Assembly: GCF_000010625.1 (NCBI RefSeq)
Contig: NC_010296.1
Location: forward strand, 930,001-962,000
DNA length: 32,000 nt
Direction: 5' to 3'
From: Microcystis aeruginosa NIES-843
Lineage (GTDB): Bacteria; Cyanobacteriota; Cyanobacteriia; Cyanobacteriales; Microcystaceae
Positions within the stretch are counted from its first letter, which is position 1. Every line of letters starts with the position of its first letter. The translations under genes and the position numbers were made by a program. The notes below the pieces were generated by a model. The model was not told the DNA's origin. It ran no database searches and saw nothing but the letters and a program-made list of their open reading frames with translations. Below are positions 23,494 to 32,000 of this stretch, in pieces.

Positions 23494-26400
23494 ATGGTTT
23501 ACATCAAAAAGGTCGAACTCTCACACTTCAAATCCTTCGGGGGAACGACTCCCATCCCCTTTTTACCGGGGTTTACGGTGGTTTCTGGTCCAAATGGTTC
23601 GGGAAAGTCGAATATCCTCGACGCATTGCTATTTTGCTTGGGATTAGCTACTTCCAAGGGAATGCGGGCCGAAAGATTACCGGATTTAGTCAATCACAGC
23701 TATAACAGTCAACGTCATAGTACCGAAGCGAGTGTCTCGGTGACTTTTGATATTGCCGATATTCCTGACGCAACCGATAGGGATTGGACGGTTTCCCGAC
23801 GCTTAAAAGTGGCTAAGGGTGGCAGCTATACTTCTACCTACTATATCAATGGGGAAACCTGTACGGTTAGCGAACTTCACGACCAATTAAACCGTTTACG
23901 CATCTATCCCGAAGGGTACAACGTGGTGTTACAGGGAGACGTAACCCGAATTATCAGCATGAATGCTAAGGAAAGACGGGAAATTATCGACGAATTGGCA
24001 GGAGTAGCCGAATTTGACCGCAAAATTGAGAAAACTAAGGAGAATATCGATTCGGTTAAAGAAAGGGAAGAACGCTGCCAAATTATTGCCACAGAATTGC
24101 AAAAATCTCTGGAGAAATTAGCACTCGATCGCATTAAAGCCGAAAAATACCAAAAACTCAAGGCCCAAGTCCAAGAAAAACAACAATGGGAAATTGTCCT
24201 GCATTGGCAAAATCTCCAGCAGCGCTGCCAGCAAGTAAAAGAACAAATTCAAGCTGGGGAAAAGGAAAAACAGGTTTTAACTGAGACTATCGCCAATTTA
24301 TCCGAACAAATCGCCCAAAATAGTCAAGAATTAGAGAAACTCAATCAACAGGTCAAAGCTTTTGGGGAAGATGAACACCTGTCCCTAACTTCCCGATTAG
24401 CGAGTCAACAGGCCAAACGACAACAACAGCAACAACGGCAAAAAGAGTTAGAAAACCTCGAAAAAGAATCTCAGGCACAGAAAACAAGACTTTTAGAGGA
24501 AATTAATCGCTATAATCTCGAATTAAATCAGATTACTGCCCAAAAAAGCCGTTTAGAAACTGAAATTTTACCCAATCTCCTACTGACAACCCAAACCGCA
24601 AGGGAAACCCTAGAAAACCATCGTCTGCAAGCAAGTAGTCTCGCAGAAGCGTCAGAAGCTTGGGTAAAAGAACAAAGTGACCTTTCCCGCAATATTACCC
24701 GTCTTCAGGAACAATTAAACCCCTACCGTAGCCAACGGGCCCAATTGACCGAAAGATGCGATCGATTGCAAACTAATATAGTAGAAGCTGGTCAACGTCT
24801 GCAAGAATTAGAGCAAGTTATTAGCACAAAAACGGAAGAAAGTCAAGAAATATTACAAAAAATTAATCAATCGGATCCCGATATCCAAAATTTAGCCCAA
24901 AAACTCACCATTGCCGAACAAAATCGCGTCATCAGTCAGGACACCCAAAAACGTCTGCTCAAGGAACAACGGGACAAACAGAGGGAATTAGATAAACTGG
25001 AAGCGACCAAGCAAGCGCAACAGGAGGCCCAGGGAACCTATGCTACTCAAATATTATTACAGTCAGATTTGCCCGGAATCTGCGGATTAGTGGCACAATT
25101 GGGGGAAGTAGAGGAACGTTATCAAATTGCTCTGGAAATCGCCGCCGGAGGTCGTTTAGGTCATGTAGTCGTCCAAGATGATAGCGTTGCGGCCGCCGGA
25201 ATTGCCTTGCTAAAACAGCGTCGCATCGGTCGCGCCACTTTTTTACCCCTGAATAAAATTCGTCCTCCCCGTCCCCAGGATATTTCCTCCCTGCGTCACG
25301 CGCGGGGTTATCTGGATTTAGCGGTGAATTTAGTTAAGTTTCAATCCCAGTATCGGGAGGTTTTTAACTATATTTTTGGCAGTACCGTGGTTTTCGAGGA
25401 TATAGATTCTGCCCGTTATTATATCAATCAATATCGCATCGTTACTTTGGATGGCGAGTTATTAGAGATGACTGGCGCTATGACCGGAGGCAGCCAACCG
25501 ACGCGATCGGGGCTGCGTTTTGGTAAAATTTCTCCGAAGGAGTCTAGTGAAGCGGAATCTCTACGGGAAAGATTAGCAGAAATCGATCGCATTCTTACCC
25601 GCAACGAAGAAAAAATTACTCAAGTTAATAATCTTATCAGTCAGTTAACCCAACAGTTAACCGAAACCCGTCAAAGTCATCGGGAAAATCAATTATCTCT
25701 ACAACAATTAAGCAAGGATTTAGAACGTTTAACCACAGAAAAAGAGGATTTAACCCGTCAATTATCGGGCCAGCAAGAGGAAATGACTATTTCTCGTCAA
25801 CGGTTAGAAATATTAACCGGAGAAATTCCTGAGTTAGAGTTATCCTTACAGCAAGAACAGGAAAAATTAACTGCTTTAGAGGCCAATCATACCCATAGCG
25901 AATGGCAACAGGTACAGGGAATAATTCGCAGTCAAGAATTGCAGTTAAAAACCCAAGAAAATCACCTCGCTACAGTCCGCGAACAGTTAAAAGACCTGCA
26001 AAGTCAACAAATCAGACTAGAGGAAAAAAGTCAAGAGTCTGCGGATAGAATTATTGAGATTGAGAAAATAATCACCGATGCAGTTAATCAGAGAAATATC
26101 GGTAATCTGGAGATAGAAAAACTTGATCAGCATATTTTAGAAATCAATCAAGCTTTACAGCAATTATCCCGACAACTAGGGGAAACCAAGCAAAAAAGAG
26201 ACCAATTAGAGACAGTTTTGCGACAACAACAAAACCAGCAACAACAGGCTATCTGGCAATCGGAAAAGTTAGTCAACAATCAAGAGGAAAGACAAGCATT
26301 ACTAACCACTTTACAGACAGAAATTAGTCAACTAGAAAGCGACTTACCTAATCCCTTGCCAGAAATTCCCGAAAGCGATCGAGATTTCGAGAAAATTCAA

Positions 26401-27024
26401 AGCGATATTCGGCAGTTACAAAAGAAATTAGCAGCTTTAGAACCTGTCAATATGTTAGCTTTAGAAGAACACCAAAAAACTAAAGAGAGATTAGATGAAC
26501 TATCAGAAAAACTGCAAACTCTAGAAGGTGAAAGAACCGAACTACTTTTACGGATAGAAAACTTTACCACCCTCAGATTTAATGCTTTTCAGGAAGCATT
26601 TACTGCTGTTAACGAAAACTTTAAGAATATATTTGCCACCCTGTCCGATGGTGATGGTTACTTACAACTAGAAGACGAAAATGACCCCTTTAATGGTGGC
26701 TTAAATCTGGTGGCACATCCCAAAGGAAAACCAGTACAGCGATTAAGTTCCATGTCTGGAGGTGAAAAATCTTTAACCGCTTTAAGCTTTATTTTTTCCC
26801 TACAAAGATATCGTCCTTCTCCCTTTTATGCGTTTGATGAAGTGGATATGTTTTTAGATGGGGCCAATGTAGAGAAATTGGCCAAAATGATTCAAAAACA
26901 AGCCCAACAAGCGCAGTTTATTGTTGTTAGTTTGCGTCGGCCGATGATTGAAGCTTCCGAAAGAACCATCGGTGTCACCCAAGCGCGGGGAACCCATACA
27001 CAGGTACTAGGAATTAAAGTTTAA
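23494..27024 (+). CDS. smc: chromosome segregation protein SMC
   Basis: MVYIKKVELSHFKSFGG...FTVVSGPNGSGKSNILDAL (Walker A), long Q/E-rich coiled coils, a hinge (GLVAQLGEV...ALEIAAGGRLGHVVV), LSGGEKSLTALSFIF (signature motif) and FYAFDEVDMFLD (Walker B). Start taken at ATG 23494. Confidence 0.95.
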   Translation: MVYIKKVELSHFKSFGGTTPIPFLPGFTVVSGPNGSGKSNILDALLFCLGLATSKGMRAERLPDLVNHSYNSQRHSTEASVSVTFDIADIPDATDRDWTVSRRLKVAKGGSYTSTYYINGETCTVSELHDQLNRLRIYPEGYNVVLQGDVTRIISMNAKERREIIDELAGVAEFDRKIEKTKENIDSVKEREERCQIIATELQKSLEKLALDRIKAEKYQKLKAQVQEKQQWEIVLHWQNLQQRCQQVKEQIQAGEKEKQVLTETIANLSEQIAQNSQELEKLNQQVKAFGEDEHLSLTSRLASQQAKRQQQQQRQKELENLEKESQAQKTRLLEEINRYNLELNQITAQKSRLETEILPNLLLTTQTARETLENHRLQASSLAEASEAWVKEQSDLSRNITRLQEQLNPYRSQRAQLTERCDRLQTNIVEAGQRLQELEQVISTKTEESQEILQKINQSDPDIQNLAQKLTIAEQNRVISQDTQKRLLKEQRDKQRELDKLEATKQAQQEAQGTYATQILLQSDLPGICGLVAQLGEVEERYQIALEIAAGGRLGHVVVQDDSVAAAGIALLKQRRIGRATFLPLNKIRPPRPQDISSLRHARGYLDLAVNLVKFQSQYREVFNYIFGSTVVFEDIDSARYYINQYRIVTLDGELLEMTGAMTGGSQPTRSGLRFGKISPKESSEAESLRERLAEIDRILTRNEEKITQVNNLISQLTQQLTETRQSHRENQLSLQQLSKDLERLTTEKEDLTRQLSGQQEEMTISRQRLEILTGEIPELELSLQQEQEKLTALEANHTHSEWQQVQGIIRSQELQLKTQENHLATVREQLKDLQSQQIRLEEKSQESADRIIEIEKIITDAVNQRNIGNLEIEKLDQHILEINQALQQLSRQLGETKQKRDQLETVLRQQQNQQQQAIWQSEKLVNNQEERQALLTTLQTEISQLESDLPNPLPEIPESDRDFEKIQSDIRQLQKKLAALEPVNMLALEEHQKTKERLDELSEKLQTLEGERTELLLRIENFTTLRFNAFQEAFTAVNENFKNIFATLSDGDGYLQLEDENDPFNGGLNLVAHPKGKPVQRLSSMSGGEKSLTALSFIFSLQRYRPSPFYAFDEVDMFLDGANVEKLAKMIQKQAQQAQFIVVSLRRPMIEASERTIGVTQARGTHTQVLGIKV

Positions 27025-27035
27025 CCTTAGACGCA

Positions 27036-27102
27036 AGTGGGGTGTGGGGAAGTGGGGAAGTGGGAAGTGGGGTGTGGGGTGTGGGGTGTGGGAAGTGGGA
27101 AG
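27036..27102 (+). repeat. G-rich micro-repeat tract, about nine GTGGG(G)(T/AA) units
   Basis: The tract reads GTGGGGT GTGGGGAA GTGGGGAA GTGGGAA GTGGGGT GTGGGGT GTGGGGT GTGGGAA GTGGGAA. It begins about 12 nt after the smc stop. Confidence 0.9.
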
Positions 27103-27107
27103 CTTTT

Positions 27108-27173
27108 CAGTAAACAGTAAACAGTGAACTGAAAACTCACATCTGATAACTGATAACTGATAACTGATAACTG
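27108..27173 (+). repeat. heptamer-register repeats (CAGTAAA x2 ... CTGATAA x4)
   Basis: CAGTAAA CAGTAAA CAGTGAA CTGAAAA CTCACAT CTGATAA x4 CTG. The 7-nt register is kept throughout. Confidence 0.9.
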
Positions 27174-27245
27174 CCAGACAAGCCGGACAAAGTTAAGTTA
27201 TATTAAGATTACTCAGAATGCGTCCCCGTCCCATTCAGAAATCTC

Positions 27246-28826
27246 ATGACTCAACCGCAAGCGCAACGCATCCTCTACGTTAGACTCCCCTGTAACCCCA
27301 TTTTCCCCATCGGTGTCGTTTACCTTTCCGACCACGTTCATAAACTCTTCCCCGACATCGAACAAAGGATTTTTGACCTTGGTACAGTCCCCCCCTTAGA
27401 CTTTAACCAGGCACTCGATCGCTGTGTTGACGAATTTCGGCCGACCCTGCTAGTATTCTCCTGGCGGGATATTCAAATATATGCTCCCGTCGGTGGTCGC
27501 GGTGGCAATCCCCTGCAAAACGCCTTTGAATTTTACTACGCTAAAAACCCCCTAATCAAGCTGCGAGGTGCTTTAGGAGGTTTAAAGGTGACGACAGCCT
27601 ACTACGGCGAATTATGGCGCAATCAGGGACTAATTCGCCGCGGGTTGCAGCAGGCCAGAAAATACCATCCCGAAGCGCGAGTTATCGTCGGGGGTGGTGC
27701 CGTCAGTGTTTTCTACGAACAACTAAAAACCAAACTGCCCACAGGAACAATTGTATCAGTGGGAGAAGGGGAAACCCTGCTAGAAAAATTCCTCTCCGGC
27801 CGGAACTTTAGCGATGAACGTTGTTATGTCGTCGGAGAAACCACACCCCGGCCGCGTTTAATCCACGAATCCCCCACCCCTTTAGAAAAATCCGCTTGTA
27901 ACTACGACTACATCGCCAGTATTTGGCCGGAATTTTCCTACTATTTCCAAGAAAACGACTTTTATATCGGGGTACAAACCAAGCGCGGCTGTCCCCATAA
28001 CTGCTGCTACTGCATCTATACCGTCGTTGAGGGCAAACAAGTACGCATTAATCCCGCGGATGAAGTAGTTAAGGAAATGCGCCAATTATACGACCGCGGC
28101 ATTCGCAATTTCTGGTTTACCGATGCCCAATTTATCCCCACCAGAAAATTTATCAACGACGTGGAAGAACTATTAGAAAAAATTCTCGCTTCTGGGATGA
28201 AAGATATACGTTGGGCTGCCTATATTCGTGCCGATAATCTCACTCCGAAACTGTGCGATTTAATGGTAAAAACAGGCATGAACTACTTTGAAATTGGTAT
28301 CACCAGTGGTTCTCAGGAATTAGTCCGTAAAATGCGCATGGGCTATAATTTGCGGACAGTTCTGCAAAATTGTCGGGACTTAAAAGCGGCCGGTTTTAAT
28401 GATCTGGTTTCGGTAAATTATTCCTTTAATGTTATTGATGAAACCCTGGAAACTATTCGTCAAACCATCGCCTATCATCGGGAATTAGAAAACATTTTTG
28501 GAGTCGATAAAGTGGAACCAGCCATCTTTTTTATCGGACTACAACCCCACACCCATCTAGAAGAATACGCCCTCAAAAAAGAAATTATTAAACCCGACTA
28601 CGATCCCATGAGTTTAATGCCCTGGACAGCCAAAAAACTGCTCTGGAATCCTGAACCTTTGGGGTCATTTTTTGGCGAAGTTTGTCTGCAAGCATGGCAA
28701 CAAAATCCCGATGATTTTGGACGGGAAGTGCTGAAAATTTTGGAAGCAAGACTAGGGAAGGCCGATTTAGAATCCGCTTTAACCGCACCGATAGAAACTA
28801 AGAAAAAAGTCTTAACTCCTGCTTAA
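27246..28826 (+). CDS. B12-binding-domain radical SAM protein (conserved cyanobacterial type)
   Basis: An N-terminal Rossmann-like domain (RILYVRLPCNPIFPIGVVYL) is followed by RGCPHNCCYCIY (CxxxCxxC). 526 aa. The substrate cannot be assigned from sequence. Confidence 0.8.
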   Translation: MTQPQAQRILYVRLPCNPIFPIGVVYLSDHVHKLFPDIEQRIFDLGTVPPLDFNQALDRCVDEFRPTLLVFSWRDIQIYAPVGGRGGNPLQNAFEFYYAKNPLIKLRGALGGLKVTTAYYGELWRNQGLIRRGLQQARKYHPEARVIVGGGAVSVFYEQLKTKLPTGTIVSVGEGETLLEKFLSGRNFSDERCYVVGETTPRPRLIHESPTPLEKSACNYDYIASIWPEFSYYFQENDFYIGVQTKRGCPHNCCYCIYTVVEGKQVRINPADEVVKEMRQLYDRGIRNFWFTDAQFIPTRKFINDVEELLEKILASGMKDIRWAAYIRADNLTPKLCDLMVKTGMNYFEIGITSGSQELVRKMRMGYNLRTVLQNCRDLKAAGFNDLVSVNYSFNVIDETLETIRQTIAYHRELENIFGVDKVEPAIFFIGLQPHTHLEEYALKKEIIKPDYDPMSLMPWTAKKLLWNPEPLGSFFGEVCLQAWQQNPDDFGREVLKILEARLGKADLESALTAPIETKKKVLTPA

Positions 28827-28868
28827 AAATTAATTTTAGTCAATCCCAAGGCAGCAATTAGCGTTACC

Positions 28869-30380
28869 ATGAGTCTGAAATCAGGAGATGATCAAAATCC
28901 CTTTACCGGTAACTGCAAAATGACCGACCATCGCCCCCATTGGCTAGAATTAGCGGAATATATCGCCCTAGGATTAACCCTGCTTACCCTTATCGCCATG
29001 GGTGCGGGGTTTTTGCCTTTGTTCCTCCTGGTAGTGACTTTCGGGTTGAATATTCTCAATCGTCTCCGAGAAAGAACCCTGCAACGTCAACGCTTAACTG
29101 AGATGACTGGTCATTTACAGGATCAGTGGGAAGAAGAAAAAGAAGCTTTATCGGCCCAAATACAGTCCCTGAGTCCCGCAGTGGCCAGGGATAACGCCAG
29201 TGCCATCGCAGAATTAGAGGAGAATATTCTCGCCCTCGAACAGTCCTACAATCAAATTATTCAATACATCAACCGTAACGCGCTGCTGGAACGCATCGAA
29301 CATCTGGAAAAATCCTACGGTCGCTTACACAGAGAGATTTTGCCGATTAACGAAGAATCGGCGGATATTCCCGCCACAAAAGCGGAAAATGAGCCACAAA
29401 TCACCCTACCCGCCCTTAATTTAACTCCCACTTCCCCCCCCGTCGATATACCCCATTGGCACTATTATCGCCGTCTGACCGCCCATCGGGAAATGATCAC
29501 GGCGATCGCAATTACCGAGGATCAACGGTTTTTAATTAGCGTTAGTTGGGATCGTACCCTAAAAATCTGGGATTTTGCGAGAGGAACCCTGATTAATACG
29601 GTGGAAGCTCATGATCAGGGCATTTTAGCCCTAGCAGTCACCGGAAACGGCGATTATCATCTAGCAACGGGAGGATTCGATCAAACCGTTAAATTATGGA
29701 CTTTAGCCAGCGATGCCAGTAATCTGGAATTAAATCAAATTTTCCTCGGTCATCTCGGTTCGATTCACGGCCTGGATTTTGCCCCCCGTTGGCATTTTTT
29801 GGTTAGTGGTAGTTACGATCAAACCCTAAAACAGTGGAATTTAGAGCAGGAAACCGAAGAATTTAGTTCCTATGACAGTCTGGGGGCAATTTATGCCCTA
29901 GCAGTGGCTCCTAATCAAGATTTTATCGCCGCAGCTGGAGGTGATGGCACTGTCACCCTCTGGCAATTGGGATCGGGAGAAAAAATCGCCGTCTTATCAG
30001 GTAACATTTCTTCGGTGCAGAGTCTTGCGATCGCTGCCGATGGTCAGATTATTGCCGCCGGTTGTGTGGATGGTACGGTGAAAATCTGGCAATACGATCG
30101 AGAGAAAAGCGGTCATTTTGCGCCAATTCGGGTGATCAATGCCCATAATGGTCAGGTGACAAGCTTGGTATTCGGAGGGGAGGGTCAATGGTTATTGACG
30201 GGGGGAACCGACGGAGAGGTTAAAATCTGGTTAGCCAATTATCAACAGGCGATCGCAACTCTCAGCGCCACCAATGGGCGATCGTCGCCAATTTCCAGTT
30301 TAGTTCTCAGCCCCGATTATTGCCACCTAGCGGCGGCGGCGGCCGACGGCAGCATCACCATCTGGGAAAATATCACTTAA
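28869..30380 (+). CDS. membrane-anchored coiled-coil WD40-repeat protein
   Basis: The N-terminal hydrophobic pair is YIALGLTLLTLIAMGAGFLPLFLLVVTFGL. A coiled-coil segment follows. Repeated WD-type units then follow: LKIWDF, VKLWTL, LKQWNL, VTLWQL, VKIWQY, VKIWLA, ITIWEN. The start could be 28869 or 28920. Confidence 0.8.
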   Translation: MSLKSGDDQNPFTGNCKMTDHRPHWLELAEYIALGLTLLTLIAMGAGFLPLFLLVVTFGLNILNRLRERTLQRQRLTEMTGHLQDQWEEEKEALSAQIQSLSPAVARDNASAIAELEENILALEQSYNQIIQYINRNALLERIEHLEKSYGRLHREILPINEESADIPATKAENEPQITLPALNLTPTSPPVDIPHWHYYRRLTAHREMITAIAITEDQRFLISVSWDRTLKIWDFARGTLINTVEAHDQGILALAVTGNGDYHLATGGFDQTVKLWTLASDASNLELNQIFLGHLGSIHGLDFAPRWHFLVSGSYDQTLKQWNLEQETEEFSSYDSLGAIYALAVAPNQDFIAAAGGDGTVTLWQLGSGEKIAVLSGNISSVQSLAIAADGQIIAAGCVDGTVKIWQYDREKSGHFAPIRVINAHNGQVTSLVFGGEGQWLLTGGTDGEVKIWLANYQQAIATLSATNGRSSPISSLVLSPDYCHLAAAAADGSITIWENIT

Positions 30381-30404
30381 TGGTCGATCGAACTAGAAAA
30401 ATTG

Positions 30405-30410
30405 TATAAT
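30405..30410 (+). promoter_or_regulatory. candidate -10 box upstream of rpoC1
   Basis: Perfect TATAAT preceded by TTG, about 117 nt upstream of the rpoC1 ATG. No convincing -35 element. Confidence 0.25.
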
Positions 30411-30526
30411 GTAATGTCCCGGACTCGGTCGGGCCAGTTTGACCCGAAGAAAAAGTGACTGAGTTAACTGTCGTTTCTGCCCAATAGTTGTCAACCCAGA
30501 TCATTACCCATAGTAAAAAATTCAGA

Positions 30527-32000
30527 ATGAAGACTCCAACAGATCAAAGATTTGATTACGTCAAAATCGGTTTAGCGTCCCCCGAGAGAATTCGGCAATG
30601 GGGAGAAAGAACCCTACCTAACGGTCAAGTCGTCGGAGAAGTAACCAAACCAGAAACGATCAACTATCGGACTCTTAAACCGGAAATGGATGGGTTATTC
30701 TGCGAGAAAATTTTTGGCCCCTCCAAAGACTGGGAATGTTGGTGCGGTAAATACAAGCGCGTCCGTCACCGGGGAATTGTCTGTGAACGTTGCGGGGTGG
30801 AAGTCACCGAGTCGCGGGTACGTCGTCATCGCATGGGTTTTATCAAATTAGCCGCCCCCGTCACCCACGTTTGGTATCTTAAAGGTATTCCCAGTTATCT
30901 CAGTATCCTGCTCGATATGCCCCTGCGGGACGTGGAGCAGATCGTCTATTTTAATGCCTATGTGGTTCTCGATCCGGGTAATGCCGGCAATCTTAGTTAT
31001 AAACAACTCCTCAGCGAAGATCAATGGTTAGAGATCGAAGAAGAAATCTACGCGGAGGATTCGGAATTAGTCGGTATTGAAGTGGGTATCGGGGCCGAGG
31101 CTATCCAAAGACTCTTACAGGAAATTAACCTGGAAGAAGAAGCGGAAAGACTGCGGACGGAAATTGTCGAAAGTAAAGGGCAAAAACGGGCAAAATTAAT
31201 TAAACGTCTCCGGGTAATCGATAACTTTATCGCCACGGGTTCTCAGGCAGAATGGATGGTTTTAAGCGTAATTCCCGTGATTCCACCCGATTTACGCCCC
31301 ATGGTGCAGTTGGACGGCGGCCGTTTTGCCACCTCTGACCTGAACGATCTCTACCGTCGGGTGATTAACCGCAATAACCGTTTATCCCGTCTGCAAGAAA
31401 TTCTCGCCCCGGAAATTATCGTCCGCAACGAAAAACGGATGTTACAGGAGGCCGTCGATGCTTTAATTGATAACGGTCGTCGCGGTCGCACGGTGGTGGG
31501 GGCCAATAATCGCGCCCTGAAGTCTTTATCGGATATTATCGAGGGTAAACAGGGGCGTTTCCGTCAAAATCTCCTCGGTAAACGGGTTGACTATTCGGGA
31601 CGTTCGGTTATCGTTGTCGGTCCGAAATTGAAGATCTATCAATGCGGTTTACCCAGGGAAATGGCGATCGAATTGTTCCAACCCTTCGTTATCCATCGTT
31701 TAATTAAATTAGGCATCGTCAATAATATCAAGGCAGCCAAGAAAATGATCCAACGGGGGGATGCCAATGTTTGGCACGTCTTGGATGAAGTGATCACGGG
31801 ACACCCGGTGATGTTAAACCGCGCCCCTACCCTGCACCGTTTGGGCATTCAAGCGTTTGAACCGATCTTAGTGGAGGGCCGGGCGATTCAGTTACATCCC
31901 CTCGTCTGTCCCGCTTTTAATGCTGACTTTGACGGGGACCAAATGGCCGTACATATTCCCCTCTCCCTGGAGGCACAATCGGAAGCGCGCTTATTGATGT
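30527..32000 (+). CDS. rpoC1: DNA-directed RNA polymerase subunit gamma (N-terminal half of beta-prime), 3' end outside window
   Basis: Hand translation from ATG 30527 gives [93 protein letters not shown]... The frame stays open to the window end and includes [12 protein letters not shown] at about 31920-31955. It is absent from the ORF track because there is no stop in the window. Confidence 0.95.
   Translation, partial: MKTPTDQRFDYVKIGLASPERIRQWGERTLPNGQVVGEVTKPETINYRTLKPEMDGLFCEKIFGPSKDWECWCGKYKRVRHRGIVCERCGVEVTESRVRRHRMGFIKLAAPVTHVWYLKGIPSYLSILLDMPLRDVEQIVYFNAYVVLDPGNAGNLSYKQLLSEDQWLEIEEEIYAEDSELVGIEVGIGAEAIQRLLQEINLEEEAERLRTEIVESKGQKRAKLIKRLRVIDNFIATGSQAEWMVLSVIPVIPPDLRPMVQLDGGRFATSDLNDLYRRVINRNNRLSRLQEILAPEIIVRNEKRMLQEAVDALIDNGRRGRTVVGANNRALKSLSDIIEGKQGRFRQNLLGKRVDYSGRSVIVVGPKLKIYQCGLPREMAIELFQPFVIHRLIKLGIVNNIKAAKKMIQRGDANVWHVLDEVITGHPVMLNRAPTLHRLGIQAFEPILVEGRAIQLHPLVCPAFNADFDGDQMAVHIPLSLEAQSEARLLM

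Noticed and set aside
23499-24161. Antisense ORFs within smc (23499-23693, 23904-24161)
   Set aside because: They overlap the Walker A and coiled-coil coding region of a clearly real gene. Their composition is low-complexity and mirrors the sense strand.
31048-31848. Two minus-strand ORFs (31048-31236, 31639-31848)
   Set aside because: They lie antisense within rpoC1, whose + strand frame is unmistakable.

Overview
This looks like a cyanobacterial chromosome. The HIP1 octamer GCGATCGC occurs at least 6 times (about 5475, 7305, 13418, 29505, 30030, 30250). Heptamer micro-repeats and low GC suggest a Microcystis-like organism, but that is inference only.

Bases 1-22733 are a heavily rearranged surface-glycan island built around a CDP-3,6-dideoxyhexose pathway. 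In order it contains:
- the rfbF 3' end and an rfbG stump
- a 4.5 kb insert carrying a membrane protein, a DxD protein and a ~1.2 kb IS
- an rfbF stump, then intact rfbG
- an unknown 349-aa gene
- rfbH/E1, with an exact C-X57-C-X1-C-X7-C motif
- an RmlC-like epimerase and an SDR
- a GtrB-like GT2 and an AT-rich 715-aa polytopic membrane protein
- a head-to-tail array of six Uma2/DUF820 nuclease-family genes
- a DegT/RfbH-like stump, a second SDR and a split transketolase
- GtrA and a second GtrB-like GT2

Bases 22734-32000 look like core genome: a yciI-like gene, smc, heptamer and G-rich micro-repeats, a B12-domain radical SAM gene, a membrane-anchored coiled-coil WD40 protein, and the 5' part of rpoC1.

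The best candidate for something undescribed is the Uma2 array (13.4-18.6 kb). Its five near-identical paralogs are each a different combination of a few sequence modules: two N-termini, two core patches, 0-5 EQE[KR]QRA heptads and three coiled-coil tails. The gene junctions are better conserved than the gene bodies, and gene stumps sit at both array edges.

Secondary leads are the split transketolase inside the sugar cluster, a dispersed Gtr-like three-component glycosylation set, and several recombination scars. All functional calls rest on motif recognition by eye; no database search was possible.
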